Below, piece by piece: positions 1 to 8,341 of a DNA stretch of 64,000 nucleotides (within the stretch, counting starts at the first letter, position 1; every line of letters starts with the position of its first letter). The translations under genes were made by a program, and so were the position numbers. Origin of the DNA: a bacterium (lineage in GTDB: Archaea > Thermoplasmatota > E2 > JACPAO01 > JAHFTW01); contig JAZJZE010000005.1 of the NCBI GenBank assembly GCA_040390065.1, positions 277,170-341,169 of the forward strand, given 5' to 3'. The notes under the pieces were generated by a model, which saw only the letters and a list, made by a program, of their open reading frames with translations, had not been told where the DNA came from and did not search any database.

Positions 1-810
1 GGTATCGCCCCAGCCCTGGACGAGCAGGGTCGGCGCCTTCAGTGCGCCGGGATGGACGCTGCGGACCCAGCCAATCTCGGTGCCCATCTCATCCGTGGGC
101 CCGTTTTGCGCGGACGACTCGGCGTACCACTCGCTGAGCTTCTGGCTGGGCCCATTTGCGTCCGGCTTGTCGCCTGGATGCGTGCTTGGCGCGGGCGCTC
201 CGCGGGCCACGGTCTCGCCCGTCGCGTACAATTCGCTCACCCAGCCAATCTTCAGCACGTCGTGCGGCGCCAAGGAGAACAGCAGGTTGTTCCACGTGAT
301 GCGGGGAATCAGGGAGTCGAGGCGCGGGTCGCCTTGCGCGGTGAGGAGTTGGATGCCACCACCGTACGATTCGCCCACCATGCCGACGCGCGGGTCCTTG
401 GCGCCGTCCATCTCGATGTGCCACTTCGCCGCATTCGTCGACAGCAGGTCGATGAGGGCGCGCGTGTCGTTCTGTTCCTTGGGCCCGTCGAGTTCGACCT
501 CGCCGCCCGAATTGCCCCAGCCGCGGCTCGTCCAGCCGAGGACGACGTACCCCTGGTTGGCGTAGCGTTCGGCAAGTCGGAGTTCGGTGCCCGTGTCGTG
601 CCGGTTGTTCCAACCGTTCGTGATCAGGATGGCCGGCGTCGGCGTCGTGGCCTTCGGGACCCAGACCGAGGCGGCCAGGACCGTGCCGTCGAAACTCGTG
701 AAGGCGAAGTCGGTGCGGTCCCACGTGGAGGCCGGCGTCTGCGCCTGCGCGGCGCCGGGCACAAGCGACGCCACGACAAGGAATGCGACGACGAGGCAGC
801 GCACCATCAT
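1..810 (-). CDS. Secreted CocE/NonD (peptidase S15 family) alpha/beta hydrolase; 3' end runs off the window
   Basis: Not in the ORF track; translated by hand: MMVRCLVVAFLVVASLVPGAAQA (signal peptide)...SFDGTVLAASVWVP...GYVVLGWTSRGWGNSGG...RVGMVGESYGGGIQL (GxSYGG nucleophile elbow). Confidence 0.8.
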   Translation of the reverse strand, partial: MMVRCLVVAFLVVASLVPGAAQAQTPASTWDRTDFAFTSFDGTVLAASVWVPKATTPTPAILITNGWNNRHDTGTELRLAERYANQGYVVLGWTSRGWGNSGGEVELDGPKEQNDTRALIDLLSTNAAKWHIEMDGAKDPRVGMVGESYGGGIQLLTAQGDPRLDSLIPRITWNNLLFSLAPHDVLKIGWVSELYATGETVARGAPAPSTHPGDKPDANGPSQKLSEWYAESSAQNGPTDEMGTEIGWVRSVHPGALKAPTLLVQGWGDT

Positions 811-889
811 CAGCGCACGATTCGCATTGCACCCGATAAGATTTCCTCCCCCCACAAAGCCTATGCCGGAGCCGCGGCCTCGTTGCGGC

Positions 890-1909
890 ATGCGCTTGCC
901 CGCCATCGCCGCGACCCTTGCCTTCGTCGCGTTGGCCTTTGCCGGCTGCTCGGGCTCGAGCACGCCCACCACCGACCCATTCAACCTGAGCCGCGCGGGC
1001 GGGCCCCACGGCGCCAACGTCACCGTCGACGCATTGCCTTGGCGAGTCGGCGAATCGTGGGACCACCACTGGTTCATCGGCAAGAACGACACGGCGGGCT
1101 TCGTGGTGCGCACGGTCGTTGCCGAGAACCGCACCACGGGCGTCCTCGTGGCCGCGGCCAATGCGACGGATGCGGCCTTCCACGGCGCCTTCCTGTTCCC
1201 GACCTTCGGGGTTTTCCCCAGGACTAACGTGGCTGCCGACGTCGGCACGAACCACTGGCCTTGGTACCGTTTCCCGCTCGCCAACGCCACGTGGACGGAC
1301 ACGCTCGTCTCGCGGGGTGGCAGCGGGGAGGCCTACACCTTGCCCGTCACGGTCGTGCAGAAGTCCACGGGCCATCGCTCGTTTGCCGTGGAGATGCGCA
1401 CTGCGGGCAAACTCGTGGCCACGTACGACTACGACGCGAAGACGCATTGGTTCTCCGAGATGCGCGTCTACGATACGGCGAAGGACTCGACGCCGGATCA
1501 ATGGGTCGCCCGCATCGTCTCCGAGGCTCACGCATACGACTACACGGGCCCGTACTTCGACGACACCGGGGACGTCCTCCTGCAGTTCCAGAACGTACAG
1601 GTCCCGGGAGTCGTCCCGACGCCGTCTGCCAGCTTCACGATGACGGCGGACCAGAACAAACTCCTCATGATCCGCGTCACCTTCGCCGCCGACGGCGCGC
1701 AAGAGACCACCGTCCTGGACCCCAACATGGATCCGGCGACCAAGGCCATCTACCACCAGGAGGCGTATGGAGCGTCGTCACAGTCGGTGTCGACGGACCT
1801 TTTCCACGGCATCCCCGGAACCTGGCAGGTGGTGAGCACCGGCGGCGGCGTTGCGACGGGATCCATCGTGTTCGCCTACGGCATCCACGAACGCGCGGGT
1901 TCGCTGTAG
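890..1909 (+). CDS. Hypothetical lipoprotein
   Basis: MRLPAIAATLAFVALAFAGC lipobox followed by a beta-rich body; GC3-rich codons. Confidence 0.75.
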   Translation: MRLPAIAATLAFVALAFAGCSGSSTPTTDPFNLSRAGGPHGANVTVDALPWRVGESWDHHWFIGKNDTAGFVVRTVVAENRTTGVLVAAANATDAAFHGAFLFPTFGVFPRTNVAADVGTNHWPWYRFPLANATWTDTLVSRGGSGEAYTLPVTVVQKSTGHRSFAVEMRTAGKLVATYDYDAKTHWFSEMRVYDTAKDSTPDQWVARIVSEAHAYDYTGPYFDDTGDVLLQFQNVQVPGVVPTPSASFTMTADQNKLLMIRVTFAADGAQETTVLDPNMDPATKAIYHQEAYGASSQSVSTDLFHGIPGTWQVVSTGGGVATGSIVFAYGIHERAGSL

Positions 1910-1913
1910 CCGG

Positions 1914-2786
1914 TTACTGCGGGGGCTGCTGGCCGGAGCCGCGGACCTGGTACGCGCCGGAGAGCTGTTCCGTCGTGAAGCCGGCGGCCGTGGTTCCCGT
2001 CGTGGCGAAGCGGTACAGGGCTGCCTTGTAGACGCCTTGGACGACGGCCTGGATGGCAAGCACCACGAGGCCGAGGGTCACGAAGACCGCGATGATGGGG
2101 ACGGCGCCGAGCCAGTCCCGCGCCTGGATGAGTGGCGCCGCAAGAGCGTAGCCAAGCATGGCAAGGAGCATGAAGACCAAGCCGAAGACTAGGCCGACGC
2201 CGCCGTTGCCGATGACTTGCTCGCCCCAGGTCTTCTTGAAGAGCGCGCCGGAGCGGCCCACCGAGCCGACCATCGGGACCTCCTCGAACAGGAGGACCGG
2301 GACCATGAAGTACGTCGCAAGTGACCAGGCCATGTTGCCGAGACCTGCGACGATGCGGCCGGCCATGCCGCCGCGCTCGCGCAGCATCTGCAGCAGGATG
2401 TTGACCGTCGCCAACACGGCGGACCAGACGAGGATGCGGCCGGCCTTTCGGCTTGCGGCCTTGAGGGCGGAGCCCAAGGTGGGGTTGCCACCGGACAGGC
2501 GCTCCATGGCGCCGGCCACGACGGCGGCGGCGAAGAAGGTCTGGATGAACGCCAGGCTCAGGTACAGAAACGCGGCCAGCGCAAGCTGCAGCGGGGCGAC
2601 GTCGCCGGTCTGCTCGTTTGTAATCGGGCCGAGCAGGTGGTACCGCGCGGCGACCCCGATGACCAAGGCAAACGACGCGACCATCGCGAGCAGCGACAGC
2701 ACAGGCAGGATGAGCAGTTCCTTGTCGGCGGACGCGACCTTGAAGCTGGTCTTGGTGAGCTCCCAGGAGTTGGCGAAGCGGCCCAT
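1914..2786 (-). CDS. DUF6159-like multi-pass membrane protein
   Basis: MGRFANSWELTKTSF...DKELL, W-x-LATYFMVPVLLFE, S-x-x-LFKKTWGE and YKAALYRFATTG motifs; several TM helices. Confidence 0.75.
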   Translation of the reverse strand: MGRFANSWELTKTSFKVASADKELLILPVLSLLAMVASFALVIGVAARYHLLGPITNEQTGDVAPLQLALAAFLYLSLAFIQTFFAAAVVAGAMERLSGGNPTLGSALKAASRKAGRILVWSAVLATVNILLQMLRERGGMAGRIVAGLGNMAWSLATYFMVPVLLFEEVPMVGSVGRSGALFKKTWGEQVIGNGGVGLVFGLVFMLLAMLGYALAAPLIQARDWLGAVPIIAVFVTLGLVVLAIQAVVQGVYKAALYRFATTGTTAAGFTTEQLSGAYQVRGSGQQPPQ

Positions 2787-2935
2787 GGCGGGGGCATGCA
2801 GGGCCGGTGGGGAAAAGCGTTCCGCAGTGCGCCGTCGCACGGCTTTTCCCGGCGTTTTTGCCCTTTCTGTGGCCTTCCTGCGCGAACCGAAGCTACGGCA
2901 AAGGGTTGTATGGGCGGTGGATCGTCGGTCCGGCC

Positions 2936-3061
2936 ATGGCGGATGCCACCAAGAGCGTTGCTTGCAAACAGTGCGGCGCCGAGATGATTCCTCTGACGGC
3001 CGTGTGGCGTTGCCCGGCGTGCAGGTACCGCGAGGTCATGCGCAAGGGCCGTGCGCCGTAG
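2936..3061 (+). CDS. 41-aa zinc-ribbon microprotein
   Basis: MADATKSVACKQCGAEMIPLTAVWRCPACRYREVMRKGRAP has two CxxC pairs and fills the gap between two minus-strand genes. Confidence 0.65.
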   Translation: MADATKSVACKQCGAEMIPLTAVWRCPACRYREVMRKGRAP

Positions 3062-3075
3062 TCAACGCACCGTCG

Positions 3076-4542
3076 TCAACCGAGCACGCGCGGCTTGCCG
3101 GAGACAAGGCTCGGGCCGTCCGACAACCAGGCCACGTACACCGTGTCATCGCGCGACGATGTCACGTCGGTCTGCCCGGGGGTCAGGCACTTGGCGCTGG
3201 TGCAGCCATCCGCGTACGACACCCACGGCCGGCCGTCGGGCCCCACCGAGATGTCGATGAAATCCAAGAGGTTGCGGTCGTCGTGCTTGCACGGCAACGT
3301 CATGCAGATGCTGCCGCGCTGGACTGGGTCGTTGACGGGATTGACTCGAACCGTGGCAAACGTCGGCTTGCCCGCCGCGGCGTCGAGGCTCATGCCCACG
3401 TACAGGTTCCATTGCGTGCGGGACCCGGCGGCATCGGGGCCCTCCGTGGTCTGGGTCGTCCCGAGGAAGGCGTAGGCGATGCGGCCGTCAGAGCCGCCCA
3501 CGACCGCCGTGAAGACGCTGGACTTCACTTCGGGCGGCGACAGGGCGTACGGCCCCTCAAACGAGGCGAACCTGTCGTGGCTGCGCAGCATGTACACGTG
3601 ATGGTCCGTGCCGCGGTAGACGTAGTAGGCGGTTCCGTCCGGCGTGGTCGTGATGGATGGGTCGAGCTCGAGTTCCCCTTGCTTCGGGTCGCGGCGTGTC
3701 CACGTCAGGCCGCCGTCGGTGGAGGTTGCGATGCGCGATTCCTTGCACTCGTAGCCGTAGGGCACGTAGATGGTGCCGTCCGGGGCGTGGTGCTGATGAC
3801 CGTTCAGGCCGCCGCAGTTGCCAATGGCCTGCGTGAGAAGGTCGGGCAGTGGGACGACGCTGCCGCCCTGGTACCCGTCCACGTTGGTGTCCTGCGGGAA
3901 CGTGATGCCTCCGTCGAGGGACGCCGCACAGTGGGTCGACCCAAGATTGTTGTAGCACAACGTGACCAGTTGGGGATAGGGCGATGCAGCGGCCGTGGCG
4001 GCTTGCGGTCCGGCGTACTTCCCGGTGGCCAGCTTTTGGTGGTCGACCTGCCCAAGGGATTGTGCGGGGCAGATCATGGGGAAATCCATCCAGGCATCGC
4101 CGTCGTTGTCGCTCACGGCGATGGTGCGGCACGTCTTTTCGGGATTGATGTGCGTGGCGAAGATGCGGTCGGTCTTGGGGTCCACCCAGAGCATGGGGTC
4201 GAAGTCCTGGCCCCCCGAGGCACGATGCACGGACTGCCACGTCTTGCCGCCGTCACGCGACCGCAGGACGTCCTCGTAGGCGGCCACGAAGACGGAGGCC
4301 TTCGACGTCACCCCGACGGAGGGTTCGGCGCCATCGAAGCCGGTGGCGACGGTGGAAAAGCGCAGGGTCTTGCCGAAGGCGGCTGGCAGGGGTGCCGCGA
4401 GGATGGTCGTGCCGTCTGCCTGGTGGACGTACAGGTCGGCCCCGGTCGAGGTCGACGGCGGCGGCGGGCGAGACGTGGACGACCCGCCAAAACACCCCGA
4501 GGCAGCGATGGCCAGGGCGAGCAGCAACCCCAGGACGCGCAC
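3076..4542 (-). CDS. BNR/Asp-box (sialidase-like beta-propeller) lipoprotein
   Basis: Lipobox IAASGC; Asp boxes SRDGGKTW, SDNDGDAW, SLDGGITF, STDGGLTW. Confidence 0.8.
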   Translation of the reverse strand: MRVLGLLLALAIAASGCFGGSSTSRPPPPSTSTGADLYVHQADGTTILAAPLPAAFGKTLRFSTVATGFDGAEPSVGVTSKASVFVAAYEDVLRSRDGGKTWQSVHRASGGQDFDPMLWVDPKTDRIFATHINPEKTCRTIAVSDNDGDAWMDFPMICPAQSLGQVDHQKLATGKYAGPQAATAAASPYPQLVTLCYNNLGSTHCAASLDGGITFPQDTNVDGYQGGSVVPLPDLLTQAIGNCGGLNGHQHHAPDGTIYVPYGYECKESRIATSTDGGLTWTRRDPKQGELELDPSITTTPDGTAYYVYRGTDHHVYMLRSHDRFASFEGPYALSPPEVKSSVFTAVVGGSDGRIAYAFLGTTQTTEGPDAAGSRTQWNLYVGMSLDAAAGKPTFATVRVNPVNDPVQRGSICMTLPCKHDDRNLLDFIDISVGPDGRPWVSYADGCTSAKCLTPGQTDVTSSRDDTVYVAWLSDGPSLVSGKPRVLG

Positions 4543-4631
4543 ACCTCGCCAGCCCGCAGCAGGACTACAAGCGTTGCGGTCGCCCCGGAGTCAAAAGGGC
4601 TTTCATGGCCCCTCTTGTCGCCCGACCCAGA

Positions 4632-5468
4632 ATGGCGCCGGTGGAGACCGCCCACGCGCAGGGGCTTTGGGGAACGCAGCGCAAGGACATGTGGTGGGTC
4701 GAGCCCGCCCTCATCTTCACCATCCTGACGGGCTTCGTCGTGTATGCGACGTACCGCATCTTCGAAGGCAACAACCCGGCGACGCGCTTCTTCGAAGTGG
4801 ACGGCACCGGGGCGCATGCGTACCATTACCTGTCGCCGTTCGGAACGCCGGACCTGACCATGTTCGTGCCGAGCTTCCTGAAGACGTTGCCGGGCATCGG
4901 CCCCATCGCGGCGCCGTTCCTGTCGAACCCGGCGTTCCTGATCCTGCCCATCCCGGCCGGTTTCCGCTTCACTTGCTACTACTACCGCAAGGCGTACTAC
5001 CGCAGCTTCGTGCAGCGCCCGGCGGCGTGCGGCGTCGAGGCGGCGAAGGGCTACCGCTACGAGGGCGAGCGCGGCCTCATGATCCTGCAGAACGTTCACC
5101 GCTACTTCCTCTACCTCGCCATCATCGTGACGGGGTTCCTGGCCTGGGACGCCATCCGCGGCATCTGGACGCCGACGGGCTTGTACTTCGGCATCGGGAA
5201 CGTCATCATGGTCGCAAACGTCGGGCTGCTTGGCGCGTACACATTCGGTTGCCACTCCTTCCGCCACCTCGTCGGCGGCAAACTGGACTGCTTCTCCTGC
5301 GACGCCATCAGCCAGACGCGGTACTCCATCTGGAAGCGCGTCACGATGCTGAACCAGCGCCACATGCTCATGGCCATGGCGAGCCTGTTCTCCGTCGCGC
5401 TCACGGACGTCTACATCCGCTACGTCGGCATGAACCACATCCAGTCCATTTGGGGGCTGCCGCCATGA
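4632..5468 (+). CDS. sdhC: Succinate dehydrogenase membrane anchor, mycobacterial Sdh1 (Rv0249c-like) type
   Basis: YLSPF, GFRFTCYYYRKAYYR, QNVHRYF, YTFGCHSFRH and CFSC motifs; overlaps sdhA (ATGA). Alternative start at 4605. Confidence 0.8.
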   Translation: MAPVETAHAQGLWGTQRKDMWWVEPALIFTILTGFVVYATYRIFEGNNPATRFFEVDGTGAHAYHYLSPFGTPDLTMFVPSFLKTLPGIGPIAAPFLSNPAFLILPIPAGFRFTCYYYRKAYYRSFVQRPAACGVEAAKGYRYEGERGLMILQNVHRYFLYLAIIVTGFLAWDAIRGIWTPTGLYFGIGNVIMVANVGLLGAYTFGCHSFRHLVGGKLDCFSCDAISQTRYSIWKRVTMLNQRHMLMAMASLFSVALTDVYIRYVGMNHIQSIWGLPP

Positions 5469-7306
5469 GCTCCGACGTGAAGGCCCACGCCTACGACGTC
5501 GTCGTCGTGGGCGCAGGCGGGGCCGGAATCCGCGCCGCCGTCGAAGCCGCCGCAATGGGCGCTAGGACGGCGCTCATCTGCAAGTCGCTCCTGGGCAAGG
5601 CCCACACGGTCATGGCCGAAGGAGGCATCGCGGCCGCGCTGTCCAACGCCGACGCGCGAGACAACTGGAAGGTGCACTTCCGTGACACGATGCGCGGTGG
5701 CAAGTTCCTCAACAACATCCGCATGGCGCAGATCCACGCGCAGGAGGCGCCGGCTCGCGTGCGCGAACTCGAGATATGGGGCGCCGTCTTCGACCGCACG
5801 AAGGACGGCTGGATCAACCAACGCAACTTCGGCGGCCACCAGTACCCACGCCTCGCCCACGTCGGCGACCGCACCGGCCTCGAGATCATCCGCACGCTGC
5901 AGGACAAGGGCGTGCACTCCGGCATCGACGTCTTCATGGAGCACACCGTCACGCGCGTGCTCAAGGACCCGCAGACCGGCAACGTCTCGGGCTGCCTCAC
6001 CTACGAACGCGAGACCGGCGCTCTCAACCTGTTCCGCGCCAAGTCCATCGTGCTCGCCTGCGGCGGCTTCGGCAAAGCGTTCGTCGTGACGTCGAATTCG
6101 TGGGAGTACACGGGCGACGGCTACGGGTTGGCCTATGAGGCCGGCGCGGAACTCATGGACATGGAGTTCATCCAATTCCACCCGACCGGCATGGTCTGGC
6201 CCATGAGTGTTCGCGGCATCCTCATCACGGAAGGTGTCCGCGGCGAGGGCGGAATCCTGCGCAACTCCGAGGGCGAGCGTTTCATGTTCCGCTACGTCCC
6301 CGAGATGTTCAAGAACGATTTCGCGACGACGGAGGAAGAGGCGAAGCGCTGGCTCGACGGCGACAAGACGGCCCGCCGCCCGCCCGAACTCCTCACGCGC
6401 GACGTCGTGGCCCGCGCCATCATGTCAGAGATCAAGGCGGGCCGCGGCACGCCGCACGGCGGCGTCTGGCTGGACATCTCCTGGCGACCCGCCGAGTACG
6501 TGAAGGCGAAGTTGCCGTCCATGTACCACCAGTTCAAGGAGCTCGCGGGTGTGGACATCACGAAGGAAGCGATGGAAGCCGGCCCGACGATGCACTACAC
6601 GATGGGCGGAGTGCGTGTCGACGCCGAATCGCAGATGACCAACATCCCCGGGCTCTTCTCTGCCGGCGAGAACGCAGCGGGCCTGCACGGCGCCAACCGC
6701 CTCGGCGGCAACTCGCTTAGCGACCTCATCGTCTTCGGCAAGCGGGCCGGCGAGTACGCGGCCAAGCACGCAAAGACAATCTCGGTATCGCCCGCAGTGC
6801 GGGACGAGGACCTGCAGGCAGCCCTCGCCGAGGCAGTGGCCCCCCTCAGCGGCGCAGGCGGTGAGCGCCCCGCCGCAGTGCACGAAGACTTGCAGCGAAC
6901 GATGGACGCATACGCCGGCATGATCCGCTTCGAGGATGACTTGCAGAAGGCGCAGACGGAACTCGAGCGCCTCAAGGCCCGCGCCACCAAGGTGAAAGCG
7001 CCGGGAACCCCGACGTTCAACCCCGGCTGGCATTTGGCCCTCGACTTGCGCAACATGCTCATCGCCTGCGAGGCCACCGTGCGCAGCGCCATCCTTCGCA
7101 AGGAATCCCGCGGCGGCCACACGCGCGGCGACTTCCCCGAAACCGACAAGGGCCAATGGTCGAAGCAGAACATCGTCTGCCGCAAGGGCGCGGACGGCCG
7201 CATGGAGGTCGTCACGATTCCCCTGCCGCCCTGGCCGGCGGACTTGAAGACCATCATCGAGGGCGAAGTCGCTGCCATCGAGAACAAGGCGGCGGTGGTG
7301 GCGTAA
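5465..7306 (+). CDS. sdhA: Succinate dehydrogenase/fumarate reductase flavoprotein subunit
   Basis: GAGGAG FAD motif, AHTVMAEGG covalent-FAD His, QFHPTG, HYTMGG, LHGANRLGGNSL, ESRGGH. Confidence 0.95.
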   Translation: MSSDVKAHAYDVVVVGAGGAGIRAAVEAAAMGARTALICKSLLGKAHTVMAEGGIAAALSNADARDNWKVHFRDTMRGGKFLNNIRMAQIHAQEAPARVRELEIWGAVFDRTKDGWINQRNFGGHQYPRLAHVGDRTGLEIIRTLQDKGVHSGIDVFMEHTVTRVLKDPQTGNVSGCLTYERETGALNLFRAKSIVLACGGFGKAFVVTSNSWEYTGDGYGLAYEAGAELMDMEFIQFHPTGMVWPMSVRGILITEGVRGEGGILRNSEGERFMFRYVPEMFKNDFATTEEEAKRWLDGDKTARRPPELLTRDVVARAIMSEIKAGRGTPHGGVWLDISWRPAEYVKAKLPSMYHQFKELAGVDITKEAMEAGPTMHYTMGGVRVDAESQMTNIPGLFSAGENAAGLHGANRLGGNSLSDLIVFGKRAGEYAAKHAKTISVSPAVRDEDLQAALAEAVAPLSGAGGERPAAVHEDLQRTMDAYAGMIRFEDDLQKAQTELERLKARATKVKAPGTPTFNPGWHLALDLRNMLIACEATVRSAILRKESRGGHTRGDFPETDKGQWSKQNIVCRKGADGRMEVVTIPLPPWPADLKTIIEGEVAAIENKAAVVA

Positions 7307-8175
7307 TGGCCGACAAGATCGACGCAGGCGTCGCCGGCGCCATGGTTCGTGAGAGCAAGGCGAAGGCCGTCGAGTCCGCCGTGACTGGGAAGTCCGTGCA
7401 CCTCAAGGTCTTCCGCGGCACTTCCGAGGAAGGGACGTGGCAGGAGTTCGACGTCCCCCTCGACACGGGCATGGTCGTGCTCGACGCCGTACACCGCGTG
7501 CAGTCCACCCAGGATTCAACACTGGCATGCCGCTGGAACTGCAAGGCCGGCAAGTGCGGCTCCTGCAGCGCAGAGATCAACGGTGTGCCGCGCCTCATGT
7601 GCATGACGCGCATCTCCGACTTCAAGGAAGGCGAGACCATCCAGATCGCCCCCATGAAGGCCTTCCCCGTCGTGAAGGACCTCGTCACCGACGTCAAGTG
7701 GAACTACAAGCAGAACGCCCGCATCCAACCCTTCACGCCACGCGAGATGACGGCGGAGGAGAAGGCGCGCGGCGAATTCCAGATGAAGCAACGCGACGTC
7801 GACCGCGCGCAAGAGTTCCGCAAATGCATCGAGTGCTTCCTCTGTCAAGACGTCTGCCACGTCCTTCGCACGCAGAAGCTGCACGACGAGTTCCAGGGCC
7901 CGCGGTTCATGGTGCGCATCGCCAGCCTCGAGATGCACCCCGCCGACAACGCGGACCGCCTCGACGCCGCGTGGACCGACGGCGGCATCGGGCTGTGCAA
8001 CATCACGAAGTGCTGCACCGAGGTCTGCCCGGAGCACATCACCATCACGGACAACGCGATCATTCCGATGAAGGAACGGATTGTCTCTCAGCGGTTTGAC
8101 CCGATTGCCATCGTGTGGCGCAAGTTGACGGGCAAGAGCGGCAAGACTGCGAATCTGCCGATGGCGAAGAAGTAG
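7306..8175 (+). CDS. sdhB: Succinate dehydrogenase iron-sulfur subunit
   Basis: CKAGKCGSC [2Fe-2S] motif, CIECFLCQDVC and CNITKCCTEVCP; TAATG coupling to sdhA. Confidence 0.95.
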   Translation: MADKIDAGVAGAMVRESKAKAVESAVTGKSVHLKVFRGTSEEGTWQEFDVPLDTGMVVLDAVHRVQSTQDSTLACRWNCKAGKCGSCSAEINGVPRLMCMTRISDFKEGETIQIAPMKAFPVVKDLVTDVKWNYKQNARIQPFTPREMTAEEKARGEFQMKQRDVDRAQEFRKCIECFLCQDVCHVLRTQKLHDEFQGPRFMVRIASLEMHPADNADRLDAAWTDGGIGLCNITKCCTEVCPEHITITDNAIIPMKERIVSQRFDPIAIVWRKLTGKSGKTANLPMAKK

Positions 8176-8341
8176 ACGACGCCCGCCGACGTGTCAACCG
8201 ATGCAACCGACCGACGCCTGGCCCGGTCAGTTGCTTCCGTTGCTTCGGTTGACTACGGAGTCGTCGTCCGGCGCGAGGACGATTCCACGCCGTCCGTCAT
8301 CCGTTGCATCTGTTCCATCTGTTGACCCGTCGGTCGTCGTC
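8175..8341. repeat. Intergenic imperfect inverted-repeat element built from 9-bp subrepeats (three arms)
   Basis: GACGACG...GTCAAC-[9-mer]n arms: forward from 8175, reverse ending 8268 and 8341; lies between the convergent sdhB and PINA stops. Confidence 0.65.

Noticed and set aside
2158-4728. Long ORF-track entries such as 2158-4728+, 8227-10545-, 47621-49813+, 50005-51831+ and most of 55649-57424-
   Set aside because: Antisense or out-of-frame shadows of real genes in high-GC DNA; Arg/Gly/Pro-rich with no motifs.
4343-7306. 987-aa SdhA fusion, and similar N-terminal extensions of RaSEA, HemK, RibL and the MDR enzyme
   Set aside because: The extensions overlap upstream genes in another frame; the true starts mostly coincide with ATGA/GTGA couplings.
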